The position numbers and the translations under genes are program-made. From an uncultured virus (IMG/VR IMGVR_UViG_3300035698_026597) (Duplodnaviria; Heunggongvirae; Uroviricota; Caudoviricetes), in the IMG/VR virus record IMGVR_UViG_3300035698_026597: a stretch of 64,000 nucleotides of DNA. The stretch is one strand, 5' to 3'. The first letter of the stretch is position 1. Every line of letters starts with the position of its first letter. The notes beneath the pieces were generated by a model, which searched no databases, had not been told where the DNA came from, and was given only the letters and a program-made list of their open reading frames with translations. Shown here piece after piece: positions 36,233 to 46,179 of the stretch.

Positions 36233-37261
36233 ATGGCTAAGCAGCGAACGCTTCATAGATATAAGCTAGTAGGATATGGAAAGCCAGTTATTACGGTTGG
36301 TATGCCTATGTTCAGGGCATTTTATATAGCTTGGCTAGGATTAGAATCTCTCTGTAGGCAGACGGGAGTGGACTTTCAGTGGGAGCTTATTATCGCGGAG
36401 GAAGATTTTAATCTATCTTTTGGCTTAGAAAATGTTCTTTTATATACGGATAGGTTAAAGGCGGCTGGTTGTGTTAAGCTAACATATGTTTCTATCCCTA
36501 TATGGAAACCTCTCGGAAGGAAGTGGAGAGATATCGCCAAGATGTCCGCAGAGTCATCTGAGGTTTTTGTTATTCATGCAGCCGATTGTTACTCTTCTCC
36601 TGATAGACTTGTAAAAACAAGGAAAGTGTTTGACAGGAATATACATTGGTATCAAAGCGGGAAGTGTCCACTCTATAACCTGTGGAATGGTGATATATTA
36701 CTTGATGAGAAAAATGAGACGCGGATTTTTGCACCAGCACATGATATGGCAGTTTTGACATCTCTTATACGCAAATTGCAAAATGATGACATGAGATCTA
36801 GGGTCGATTCCTGGTTGTTGAGACAATGTAGTAGGGGCATTAGAAAAGAGTTCAAAATCAAGACGGAACATAGTGACTCTTGGAAGCAGAGGCTGAATGT
36901 AAATGGTTTGAATAATATTTCTAATAGGGATGGCTTATTCGAGAATGGTTGTGATGGTAAGGGAAATGTTTTGAAACGAATAGGTGTTTCGGATCTAGAT
37001 ATACCTAATTTTGTTTTTGATAAACTTGGGCAATTGAAAGATATTGCTAGTTTGTGGGGAGTTCGTCCTTGGAATAAGTCACAAACGATAACGACAGATG
37101 TCACGATGCGGATGTCAAATGAGAATATAAAAGCCAAGAGAGAGCGGCAACTATCTAGAAAAGAAAGGCTTGTGAAAGCAGAGAAGAGAAGGAAGAAAGT
37201 GAAGAAAGAGGGAAAAACAAAGGAGCCTCGCGGTATATCCCGCAGGGATAAACGGAAATAG
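36233..37261 (+). CDS. GT2-like glycosyltransferase (family C, copy 1)
   Basis: ITVGMPMFRA..IAWLGLESLCRQ.....WELIIAEE, AADCYS.P.R. Confidence 0.7.
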   Translation: MAKQRTLHRYKLVGYGKPVITVGMPMFRAFYIAWLGLESLCRQTGVDFQWELIIAEEDFNLSFGLENVLLYTDRLKAAGCVKLTYVSIPIWKPLGRKWRDIAKMSAESSEVFVIHAADCYSSPDRLVKTRKVFDRNIHWYQSGKCPLYNLWNGDILLDEKNETRIFAPAHDMAVLTSLIRKLQNDDMRSRVDSWLLRQCSRGIRKEFKIKTEHSDSWKQRLNVNGLNNISNRDGLFENGCDGKGNVLKRIGVSDLDIPNFVFDKLGQLKDIASLWGVRPWNKSQTITTDVTMRMSNENIKAKRERQLSRKERLVKAEKRRKKVKKEGKTKEPRGISRRDKRK

Positions 37262-37263
37262 AT

Positions 37264-38133
37264 ATGGACAAATGCCCAGAACCAATCGTAAAGATCCTAG
37301 ACCATGCGGCTAAGCCAATCACTTCTATTGGCATGCCGCTATACAGATCAAGATATATAGCGTGGCTTGGTCTTGAGTCACTATGTCGTCAGACGGGAGT
37401 GCCTCATCCTTGGGAGCTTTTGGTGGCAGAAGAGCAAGGGAGTAATAAGCATAAATTCTATGGTCTTAAACGCATTATGGCGTACGAGAAAAGGCTTAAG
37501 AAGGTAGGTTGTTGTAAGATCCTATATATTCCATTTGATGAATGGCTTGCCCTTTCTTATAAGTGGAGATATCTTGCGGACCATACTCATGCTAGTTCTA
37601 AGTACTTTTTAATGCAGCCAGGTGATTGTTTCTCACCTCCAGCCAGGATGCGAACTGCAATTGATCTTTTTCAACAGGACAAAAGCGATTGGGTTCATGG
37701 CTACAAAAGGTTGATATACAATATCAAGAATGGTCAAGTTGTACTGTTTACTTCTCAGTATGTTAAGAACGGAGAACAGAGGACAGGAGTTGATATAGCG
37801 GTATTGACAGAACTTATTAGGCAGATCCCGATGAAGGATAGGCCAGCTATTGTAGACTCTTGGGTTTTCGCCAATTGTAGGGAAGCGCGAGGTAGACCCA
37901 AGTTTAAGCTGTCAGTGGATAGGACAGATAATTGGAAGTTTGGTCTAGGCACATATGGAATGAATAACATCTCTGGCCGAAACAAGCACTTTCGCGGAGG
38001 CCATAAATTCTTCAAGAAACAAAACAGGTCAGCACTCAACGATATTCCCAGAGGGATCATACGGAAGCTTAAGGAACTAAGGCCGCTTACTGCTGGGTGG
38101 ACGTTACGCCCCTGGGCGAAGAAAAAGAAGTAA
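37264..38133 (+). CDS. GT2-like glycosyltransferase (family C, copy 2)
   Basis: SIGMPLYRS..IAWLGLESLCRQ....WELLVAEE, GDCFS.P.R. Confidence 0.7.
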   Translation: MDKCPEPIVKILDHAAKPITSIGMPLYRSRYIAWLGLESLCRQTGVPHPWELLVAEEQGSNKHKFYGLKRIMAYEKRLKKVGCCKILYIPFDEWLALSYKWRYLADHTHASSKYFLMQPGDCFSPPARMRTAIDLFQQDKSDWVHGYKRLIYNIKNGQVVLFTSQYVKNGEQRTGVDIAVLTELIRQIPMKDRPAIVDSWVFANCREARGRPKFKLSVDRTDNWKFGLGTYGMNNISGRNKHFRGGHKFFKKQNRSALNDIPRGIIRKLKELRPLTAGWTLRPWAKKKK

Positions 38134-38147
38134 TAAACGGAGTACAC

Positions 38148-38969
38148 ATGGTACGAATTTCGCAGGCTAGGGTATCCTCCGCGATATCTACATTTGAAGA
38201 TTCGTTTAGGGAAAAGTTCGGGTTCAAGAAATACAAAGACCCGAGGAATCCTGCTTTGTTTTTTGGCTGTTATCCACCAGGCCCTAATAAGAGGCCCGAT
38301 ATAGATATCGCCTTACGCCACAAATCAATGGCTGTTATCGTCTGGGGCGGAAGTGACGCAAAGAAGATAGCTTCTCATCATTTCAGAAGGATAAGAACGG
38401 CAAAGCATTTGTATCATTGTGCTATATCTGATTTCATAGCAAAAGACTTGAACAAGGTGGGGATTAAATGCATTAGAATACCAGTTTGCCCAACAAGACA
38501 ACCTAAATTCAAGCCAGAACCATTAGGCCCATGTGTGTACAGCTATAGCAACCATAACCATCCTCATATATACAATGAGAATCTGGTAAGACAAATTGAA
38601 GCTGCGTTGCCAGATATAAAGTTCATAGTTGGTTATAGGAGACCGCCAGGTAATTTCACAGAAGATGAAATGCCTGAAATCTACAAGAAATGTTTCATTG
38701 GTCTGCGATTGACAGATCATGATGGTTTATCGAATACGGTTGTAGAGTTGGGTCTTATGGGAAGAAAATGTATATGGAATAGTCGTATGCCTCATACGAT
38801 CTCGTGGAAAAAAGTAGACGATATTATCGATACAATAAAGAGGGAACGTGCTAATGTAGGTAAAACGTTCCCGCAAGTAGCTTCTGATGTGGAAGGCTTT
38901 TTGAGGCTTCCTAAGAAATGGCTTACTACAGCTTTTTGGAAAACTAGACTCGCTAAGAAGCGGAGGTAG
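38148..38969 (+). CDS. Putative glycosyltransferase-like protein (family B, copy 2)
   Basis: PALFFGCY, VWGGSD, IGLRLTDHDGLSNTVVELGL. Confidence 0.55.
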   Translation: MVRISQARVSSAISTFEDSFREKFGFKKYKDPRNPALFFGCYPPGPNKRPDIDIALRHKSMAVIVWGGSDAKKIASHHFRRIRTAKHLYHCAISDFIAKDLNKVGIKCIRIPVCPTRQPKFKPEPLGPCVYSYSNHNHPHIYNENLVRQIEAALPDIKFIVGYRRPPGNFTEDEMPEIYKKCFIGLRLTDHDGLSNTVVELGLMGRKCIWNSRMPHTISWKKVDDIIDTIKRERANVGKTFPQVASDVEGFLRLPKKWLTTAFWKTRLAKKRR

Positions 38970-38977
38970 ATATAGTA

Positions 38978-39667
38978 ATGATAGAATTGGTAGACAGCCT
39001 TAATTTCAAAGAGAAGGTTGATAGATCTCTTTCCTTGATTGAAGATAAATGGAAAGAGTTCGGAGACCAAATGGTTGTGGCAAATAGCCTGGGAAAAGAC
39101 TCTATTGTAGTCTGGCATCTTGCTAAGCGAGTCTCTCTGGATATCAGGGGCTTCATTGTAACAACCAAGTTCAAACCGCCAGAGACCAAAGCTTTTATGA
39201 GAGACCAGGTTCTACAGTATCCAGAGCTTAAGGTCTTTGAAAGCGATGAAGCAGATACTATCCCAGATGATTTGTACGCTTCAGATCCAGATAGATGTTG
39301 CGAAGTGCTGAAGGTTATCCCGTGTAGGCGAGCCATTGAAGAGATGGATGTAAGTTGCTGGGTAACTGGGCTTCGGTGCACTGAGGGTAGGACCAGGACA
39401 GATTTCGCGGAAGTCGAGGAAAGGGATGCGGGGCTTATCAAGCTCAACCCAGTACTGATATGGCACGAGAGGGAGATCTGGGAATATCTCGCTCTATATG
39501 GTGTAGAGGTCAATCCTCTATACAAAGAGGGGTACAGGTCTCTAGGGTGTTCTCCATGCACTAAGATTGTAGCTGACCCAGACGAGCGGGCAGGACGATG
39601 GGTTGGTACAAGCAAGTGTGGTGGAGAGTGCGGTATTCATACTAAGCCTTTGCGAGTAATGAGGTAA
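38978..39667 (+). CDS. cysH: APS/PAPS reductase family protein
   Basis: SLGKDS, PPET, CC..LKV.P, WVTGLR, Y..GYRSLGC.PCT, ERAGRW, ECGIH. Confidence 0.92.
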   Translation: MIELVDSLNFKEKVDRSLSLIEDKWKEFGDQMVVANSLGKDSIVVWHLAKRVSLDIRGFIVTTKFKPPETKAFMRDQVLQYPELKVFESDEADTIPDDLYASDPDRCCEVLKVIPCRRAIEEMDVSCWVTGLRCTEGRTRTDFAEVEERDAGLIKLNPVLIWHEREIWEYLALYGVEVNPLYKEGYRSLGCSPCTKIVADPDERAGRWVGTSKCGGECGIHTKPLRVMR

Positions 39668-39672
39668 ATCTA

Positions 39673-41133
39673 ATGTCAGATGACAAACCCAAACTTCTAG
39701 GTATTTGCGGTAGCCTTAGAAGTAGGAAAAGAGAAGTAGGTGGGAGCATCCTCGTAGATGTATTAAAGAAGCTGCCAGATAAAGAAGCTCTTATGGACTT
39801 CCTGAAAGATGAATGTTTGGCGAAGGAAATGTCAAACTCGGAAGTGGTATTGGCTGCATCGTTGTGGAGTGCATATCAAGAAGGCGTTGACATAGACTTC
39901 ATATCTCTTGCTAATTATTTCCCGGCGATAGGTGAAGAGGATGTCTCCCCGCTTAGGGATAAGATCTTACAGTCTGATGCCTATCTATGTTCTACCCCAG
40001 TCTATTTTGGCGATAGAAGTTCTTTGGTTCATGACTTCATTGCTATGGTTGCCAGTGATGAAGAGCTTGTAAAACACATGAAGCTTAAGCCCTATGCTGG
40101 ACTTTCTGTTGGAGCAAAAAGAAATGGCGGGCAAGAAACAACCCTTATTTATCAGATTGTAGATATGATTCGTCAAGGCATGATTGCTGTAGGGAATGAT
40201 AGTGAGACTACATCTCAATATGGCGGTACAGCTAAGGCTGGTAACATTGGAACTGGATGGGAAGATGAGTATGGTCTGTGGACTTCTATGGGGGCTGGTA
40301 GGCGAATCGCCAGGGTTTCTAAGCTCATGCAGTCTGCAAAGGGATACAAGTTGAAAGATCCCCTTAGAGTAGGTTTCTTTTTATTACAGGACTCCGCAGA
40401 TGGTATTGCAGAGAAAAGGATAAAACAGCTTTGTGAGACTAAGGGTGTAGAGCCAGTAATCATTGATGTTCGTAATGAAAACTTTATGCGTTGTCTTGGC
40501 TGCTCTACCTGTCCGACAAAGGTAGGACCTGATTCTGAGTATAGATGTTGCATAAAGAAAAAGGGCGATTTCTTCGCGGAGAATCACGAACTATTTCTTT
40601 CGTTTGATTGTATCGTTCCAATCGCTTACGACTTGAGCCATGCTGAGATTGGGTCTTTTTCTAGATATCAAAGATTTATGGAAAGAACTAGGTATCTTAG
40701 GAGGGGAGACTATATCTTTACGGATATGGCAGTAGCCCCGTATGTAGTTAGAGAGATAGGGCAAGAAACGACACTATGGATCAGGATGCTTACATCAATG
40801 CTTAGACATCACACTGTTATGACGCAACCTATTATAGATGTTGTTGATGGAGGTGCTAGTCTTGGGTCGAACAATACAGAATATGTATGGGAAAGATTCG
40901 TAGAGACGGCATCTGCTCTCACCGTAGGAAGGCTGGTAAGGTCTAAGTCCGAAATGTCAAAAACTGCTTACAATCCAGTCGGATATGTCCTACATTCAAA
41001 AGACAAGGATGCTGAAGCGCTCGATAAGAGAGAAGAAACGATGCTTGAAAGACATAATAGAATGGTCCTCATGTCAGATGACAGGATTGTGAAAGATGAC
41101 AATACCGACGATTGCAAAAGCGGAACTGGTTGA
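39673..41133 (+). CDS. Multimeric flavodoxin / NADPH-dependent FMN reductase (two domains)
   Basis: LGICGSLR, STPVYFG, VGAKRNGGQETT, second domain with CLGCSTC...C. Confidence 0.82.
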   Translation: MSDDKPKLLGICGSLRSRKREVGGSILVDVLKKLPDKEALMDFLKDECLAKEMSNSEVVLAASLWSAYQEGVDIDFISLANYFPAIGEEDVSPLRDKILQSDAYLCSTPVYFGDRSSLVHDFIAMVASDEELVKHMKLKPYAGLSVGAKRNGGQETTLIYQIVDMIRQGMIAVGNDSETTSQYGGTAKAGNIGTGWEDEYGLWTSMGAGRRIARVSKLMQSAKGYKLKDPLRVGFFLLQDSADGIAEKRIKQLCETKGVEPVIIDVRNENFMRCLGCSTCPTKVGPDSEYRCCIKKKGDFFAENHELFLSFDCIVPIAYDLSHAEIGSFSRYQRFMERTRYLRRGDYIFTDMAVAPYVVREIGQETTLWIRMLTSMLRHHTVMTQPIIDVVDGGASLGSNNTEYVWERFVETASALTVGRLVRSKSEMSKTAYNPVGYVLHSKDKDAEALDKREETMLERHNRMVLMSDDRIVKDDNTDDCKSGTG

Positions 41134-42124
41134 ATTCGATATACCCTTAATAAGGCCATATAATCTTTCGTTCGGGACTATACAAGACTATCATGGATGG
41201 ATAGTCAAGATAACTCTTGATAGTGGGCTTATTGGCTTGGGAGAGGCTCTTCCCGTTCCAGGATACTCTGGCGAGGATTTCAACTCTCTAAGGCCCTTTC
41301 TGCGAAACAAGGTTGATGAGTATCTTGTGGGGAAGAATCTAGACGAGGTATTCGAGAAGCTAGATAAAGAGCAACCACTTTTCCCTGTAGGGACCTCAGC
41401 TATTGCAACGGCAATAGAGTTCGCTGGGCTATCTGTGTGCCTTCCTGTGTCCATAAAGATACCGTTGGTAGGGGTTATACTTAACGACCCTGTAAAGGAC
41501 GCTGTGAGCCTCCAATCGGCTGGGTATGGAGCTTTAAAGATGAAAATTGGGGCGGATGTAGATTGGGATATAGAAAGAACGAAATCTGTTTTAGATGTGC
41601 TTGGCGATGTGAAGCTTAGGGTAGACGCTAATAAAGCCTATGACCTGGATAAGGCGAAAAAGTATTCAAATGCGATTTGCGAGCATAGAGACTCTGACAA
41701 AATAGAATACATAGAACAGCCCATGCCGGTTGAATGCTGGGAGGAAACGGAGGAGTTGATTAAGTCAACAGATATCCCAGTGATGCTTGACGAATCTATT
41801 GTTGTATCTTCGGACGCGTTCAAGGCCGAAGACATAGGAGTAAAGTTTATCAAGCTAAAAATCTGTAAGAATATGAGCCCCCAGGACGTATTGGCTATTG
41901 CTATACAGGCTAATCTTCTTGAGCTTAATGTGGTAATGGGGAATGGTATATCAACAGGTGTAGGATGCTTGGCCGAGGCTGCGGTCTACAGCCAGTCTAC
42001 TATCTTCCATAAATTCGCGGAGTTTAATGGATTCTCGAAGATGTGTAGCAGCCTGTTGAGAAACCCTCCACAGGTCGTAAACGGTGATATGGTTTGGAGG
42101 GCGATGGAAGGCGATGGATTCTAA
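41096..42124 (+). CDS. Enolase superfamily (mandelate racemase/muconate lactonizing/dipeptide epimerase-like)
   Basis: G.GEA.P.PGYSGE, KMKIG, RVDAN, IEQP, MLDES, KLK. Confidence 0.88.
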   Translation: MTIPTIAKAELVEFDIPLIRPYNLSFGTIQDYHGWIVKITLDSGLIGLGEALPVPGYSGEDFNSLRPFLRNKVDEYLVGKNLDEVFEKLDKEQPLFPVGTSAIATAIEFAGLSVCLPVSIKIPLVGVILNDPVKDAVSLQSAGYGALKMKIGADVDWDIERTKSVLDVLGDVKLRVDANKAYDLDKAKKYSNAICEHRDSDKIEYIEQPMPVECWEETEELIKSTDIPVMLDESIVVSSDAFKAEDIGVKFIKLKICKNMSPQDVLAIAIQANLLELNVVMGNGISTGVGCLAEAAVYSQSTIFHKFAEFNGFSKMCSSLLRNPPQVVNGDMVWRAMEGDGF

Positions 42125-42746
42125 GAGAAAGATACTGGTTATAGGCCCGCATAGCGACGATGGAGAGTTGGGCTGTGGTGGCATGATGTCGAAGAGGATC
42201 GCAATGGGCCATGAAGTCCATTATATAGTGTTCTCGGCATGCCAGAGATCTGTGCCATCTGAGTTTGATCCAGATATACTGAAGAAGGAAACGGTATGTG
42301 CTTCTAAAGAGTTGGGAATACCAAAAGACAACTTGTCATTTTTCGATTATGACGTTAGGACATTCCCGATTCATAGACAAGATATCCTGGAGGATATGTG
42401 GGACTTACAAAAGAGAATAGAGCCAGATCTAGTATTTTGCCCATGTAGGAACGATATCCATCAAGATCATGCTACGGTTGCAGCAGAGGCCATACGCTGT
42501 TTTAAGAAGCAATCGATATTGGGCTATGAAGAGCCGTGGAATAACATCTCTTTCCCCACAAATGCTTTTGAAATATTGTCGGAAGAAGATTTGCGAAAGA
42601 AGACCAATGCTTTGATGTGCTATAAATCACAGGGGCATAGACCGTATTTCAACGAAGAGGCAATAAGATCACTCGCAATAACGAGAGGAACGCAATTGGA
42701 AGGCGGTTTCGCGGAAGCTTTTGAAGTTATCAGATGGATGCTATAG
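42114..42746 (+). CDS. PIG-L family N-deacetylase
   Basis: GPHSDDGELGCGG, DIHQDH, AEAFE. Confidence 0.92.
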   Translation: MDSKRKILVIGPHSDDGELGCGGMMSKRIAMGHEVHYIVFSACQRSVPSEFDPDILKKETVCASKELGIPKDNLSFFDYDVRTFPIHRQDILEDMWDLQKRIEPDLVFCPCRNDIHQDHATVAAEAIRCFKKQSILGYEEPWNNISFPTNAFEILSEEDLRKKTNALMCYKSQGHRPYFNEEAIRSLAITRGTQLEGGFAEAFEVIRWML

Positions 42747-42754
42747 GAGATATT

Positions 42755-43828
42755 ATGCTAGATCCTATCAATGTTATGTTGACAGCAGTCGGTTGCCCTG
42801 GTGCCTCTACCTGTATCAAGTTCTTAAACGGGATTCTTGAAAGAACGGTCAATACTTATGGAGTGGATGCGAATCCAGAGGCAATAGGGAGTTTCCTATG
42901 TGCAGGTTTTTCTCAAGTGCCGATGGCTACGGATGGCAATTATATAGTTTCTTTGTTGGCGTTAGCAAAGACTTGGGATATCGATTGCCTGATTCCTTCT
43001 AGCTCTTTTGATGTAGAGGTTGTAGCTAATCACAAAGAGCTTTTCGAGAATTCAGGGATAAGAGTCTTAGCATCAGATCCGCAAGATTTGGTAATCGCTA
43101 ACAACAAGAAACATCTTTACGAGATGTTCCAGAACGATGATAACGTTCCTACTCCAGAGTTCGTAGTGGTTAACAGCCTTAATGAGTTTCTAGATGCTTA
43201 TTACGAGATGAGCAGGAGACATAATACTCTATGCTTCAAGCCCCCGGTTTCTAAGGGCAGTAGAGGGTTTAGGTACGTTACGGATCACATTGACAGGATC
43301 TCTTTGTTGATGGACTATAAGCCAGATAGCAAATGGATATCGCTGGATGAGTTTAGGGCTATTTTCGAGCCATTTACGAATGACGATTTCCCAGAGCTTC
43401 TCCTGATGGAAGTTATGGAGGGAGAAGAGATAGATAGTATGGTGATAGGAATGGACGGGGAGGCATTGCTTACTACGCATAAGACGAGAGAGGAAGAGCG
43501 AGGCGGTGTGATAGTCCAAGGAGAGCAAGTAGATAGGCCAGAGATAGACAAAACGGTAGAAGCCATTGTAGGGGCTTTGCCGTTGAAGTATAACTTTGGG
43601 ATACAGTTCATCGGTGGCAAGCTTTTAGAGATTAACCCTAGGTTAAGCACTTTCATGTATAAAGAGAGTTGGACAGATCCTTGGGTGGAACCGTATTTTG
43701 CTATCAAGCTGGCTTTGGGAGAGTACACAAAGGATGAGGTTAGAAGATTGAAGTCTAGAATACCTATTGGTCTACGGATGGTCAGATATTTTGACCAGAA
43801 GTTCAGGGATAGTAATGACAAAAGCTAA
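42755..43828 (+). CDS. ATP-grasp ligase
   Basis: CFKP..SKGSRGF, LLME...G.E, IQF.....LLEINPRLS. Confidence 0.88.
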   Translation: MLDPINVMLTAVGCPGASTCIKFLNGILERTVNTYGVDANPEAIGSFLCAGFSQVPMATDGNYIVSLLALAKTWDIDCLIPSSSFDVEVVANHKELFENSGIRVLASDPQDLVIANNKKHLYEMFQNDDNVPTPEFVVVNSLNEFLDAYYEMSRRHNTLCFKPPVSKGSRGFRYVTDHIDRISLLMDYKPDSKWISLDEFRAIFEPFTNDDFPELLLMEVMEGEEIDSMVIGMDGEALLTTHKTREEERGGVIVQGEQVDRPEIDKTVEAIVGALPLKYNFGIQFIGGKLLEINPRLSTFMYKESWTDPWVEPYFAIKLALGEYTKDEVRRLKSRIPIGLRMVRYFDQKFRDSNDKS

Positions 43829-44450
43829 GAAGAAAAAGAAGAAAGTGGTCAATCCGGAGAAGAGAGCAGGGTGGTATGATCGTATCTACAAAGACTCAAG
43901 AGAGAAAGGTGGATCTGAGTATGCGAAGCAGCCAGAGAAGACGGTTTACTATCCAGTCTGGAAAAAGGTTCTTGCGCTATTAGAGCCTAATGCTCGTGTC
44001 GCAGAATTTGGTTGTGGTCCTGGGCAAATGGCAAAGATGGCATTTGATAAAGGGGTTAAATATGTTCTTGGAGTTGACTTTAGTGAAGAGGCTATTAAGA
44101 CAGCAAAACGATTCAACAAAGGGAAAGAAAAGCATTTTAAAGTTGCTGACCTATATGATCCAAAGACTTTTTCTTTGTGCGAATATAATGTAGCTATGTT
44201 CTGCGAAGTCTTAGAACATATAGATGATGATATTTCTGTTCTCAGAAATGTTCCGAAAGGTAAGACTGTCATATTGACAGTTCCAACGTTTGATTCTGAA
44301 AGTCATGTTCGTTATTTCTTAAATGTAAAGCTGGCGGTACAGAGATATTGCAAAGACTATAGATTAATAGATAAAAGCTACTCAAACAAAATTTGTATGA
44401 AAAATTTTAAAAGATCAAAGATCATAATTATACGTGGTAAAAGAGTTTGA
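43815..44450 (+). CDS. Class I SAM-dependent methyltransferase
   Basis: VAEFGCGPG, GVDFS, EVLEHI.DD, ILTVP. Confidence 0.9.
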   Translation: MTKAKKKKKKVVNPEKRAGWYDRIYKDSREKGGSEYAKQPEKTVYYPVWKKVLALLEPNARVAEFGCGPGQMAKMAFDKGVKYVLGVDFSEEAIKTAKRFNKGKEKHFKVADLYDPKTFSLCEYNVAMFCEVLEHIDDDISVLRNVPKGKTVILTVPTFDSESHVRYFLNVKLAVQRYCKDYRLIDKSYSNKICMKNFKRSKIIIIRGKRV

Positions 44451-44453
44451 ACA

Positions 44454-45365
44454 GTGGATCAAGAGAAACGAAAAAGGAGAAGGGAAAAGAAGCTTGCTAG
44501 GCTAGCTAAGCAGCCTATCACTCTTACTGTTGGGCTCCCAATGTATAGAGCGGAACCTATTGCATGGCTAGCATTGGAGTCTCTTTGCAGACAAAGGAAT
44601 GTATCTTTTGCTTGGGAGTTGGTGATAGCGGAGGAAAAAGGGGAAAGACCTTTCGGGGAGAAAAATGTCAAGTCTTACACTGAGAGATTAAAGAAAGCTG
44701 GGTGTTTTCGCGTTAAGTATATCTCTTTGACGGAGTGGATTCCTTTACAGACTAAATGGCTATTACTCGCCAAAAATTCATCGAAAAGATCTAAGGCATT
44801 CATTATACATGCGGCGGATTGTTACTCGTCGCCCAATAGGCTTGCAGAGACATATAGGTTATTCCTGGAAGGTGCTGATTGGGTCCATACGAGATATCAT
44901 GTCCTTTTCGATATTCGTACAAAGAAGGTAGTTGTGTTCGACACGAAAGGGCATAAACATCCTTGTGCTGCTGAAATGGCTGTGAGGACGAGTCTTATAA
45001 GGCAGGCTAAGGATGCACAGAAGAGAAGAAGCGTTGATGCGGCTATTTATTACGGATGCCAGCATGCGAAAGGATCTCTGTTGAAGGTTATGTGGGATAA
45101 TACAGATAACTGGAAATCTACAATGAACGTCAATGGCTTGAATAATATTTCCAAAAGGGAAAATACTACGTTTTCAAGCGGGAAAAAGAAACCCAAGAAA
45201 AGTGAGTTCCACACTGTAAGCTCTCTTGATAAAGTAGGGCTTCTTCCAAAGGCAGTTCTTGAAAAGCTTTTCTCTTTGAAGGGAGAGGCAAAGAAATGGA
45301 AGAAACCACAGCATATCAGGAAGGGTAAAAACGTAAAGAACAGCCCAGATATGTATGATACCTAA
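44454..45365 (+). CDS. GT2-like glycosyltransferase (family C, copy 3)
   Basis: LTVGLPMYRA..IAWLALESLCRQ....WELVIAEE, AADCYSSP.RL. Confidence 0.7.
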   Translation: MDQEKRKRRREKKLARLAKQPITLTVGLPMYRAEPIAWLALESLCRQRNVSFAWELVIAEEKGERPFGEKNVKSYTERLKKAGCFRVKYISLTEWIPLQTKWLLLAKNSSKRSKAFIIHAADCYSSPNRLAETYRLFLEGADWVHTRYHVLFDIRTKKVVVFDTKGHKHPCAAEMAVRTSLIRQAKDAQKRRSVDAAIYYGCQHAKGSLLKVMWDNTDNWKSTMNVNGLNNISKRENTTFSSGKKKPKKSEFHTVSSLDKVGLLPKAVLEKLFSLKGEAKKWKKPQHIRKGKNVKNSPDMYDT

Positions 45366-46179
45366 TCTCCCAAAACTTGTCGAAGAAGTCTATGGTCCAG
45401 TAGGGAATGTCTATTACGAGAACTCTAGTGCAGATGGTTTTGCTTTTCAAGGGTTTGCGAGGGCAAAAACTGGGCTTGATTATTCTAGATATTTAAGGGC
45501 GATCATAGATAGAAACTTCTCTTTGAATAAATCTCAAAAGATTAAGAGAACGGGGATATCTGTTCCTAAAGACAATCAGTATATTTACACCATATGGACC
45601 TGTATAGAGTTTTTGCGAGAGATAGGCGAGATAGATGCAATCAACAGTCTCATGAACATTGTGAATAATATAGGTACATATCCAGATGGTGTTATGAGGT
45701 ACTGCTCATCTGAGATCAAATATAAGGTTCCTAACACGACAAGTGCTGCTGCGCTTCTGTACGCATGGAACGATGAAGAATCCAAATCAATTGCCTTGGT
45801 TGATGTTATGAGAAAAACCCAATCGAGAGGCAACTGGCGATACAGGGCAAAAAAAGGCAAGAAATGGATACCTTCTAAAGAGGAAGACAATTTTCATCTT
45901 GCCATGATAATTTATCATCTAAGGTCAATAGAAAAGTACTCGGGTGTACAAACACATGATATAGTAGAGAAAGCATTGGAGAGGTTGAAATCTTACAACA
46001 AGGAAGGCATAAAGGTTGGAAGGATTAAATGGGCTATTCCAATGGTTTATGCAGCTACTTGTGGGTTGGACCATAACCTCGAAGAAACAAGTTTCAAAGA
46101 GCTTGTAGATATCGCTATCAAAGATGATAATTTCAGGGTTAGAGGGATGTCCGCTTGGGCCCTAACTAGGTGGTTGTAA
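45355..46179 (+). CDS. Hypothetical all-helical protein (possible alpha/alpha barrel)
   Basis: 274 aa, helical repeat-like pattern; no recognised motif. Confidence 0.55.
   Translation: MIPNLPKLVEEVYGPVGNVYYENSSADGFAFQGFARAKTGLDYSRYLRAIIDRNFSLNKSQKIKRTGISVPKDNQYIYTIWTCIEFLREIGEIDAINSLMNIVNNIGTYPDGVMRYCSSEIKYKVPNTTSAAALLYAWNDEESKSIALVDVMRKTQSRGNWRYRAKKGKKWIPSKEEDNFHLAMIIYHLRSIEKYSGVQTHDIVEKALERLKSYNKEGIKVGRIKWAIPMVYAATCGLDHNLEETSFKELVDIAIKDDNFRVRGMSAWALTRWL

Noticed and set aside
38978..39667. DndC/phosphorothioation system
   Set aside because: The protein is short, has classic APS/PAPS reductase motifs including ECGIH, and no dnd or ssp partners are present.
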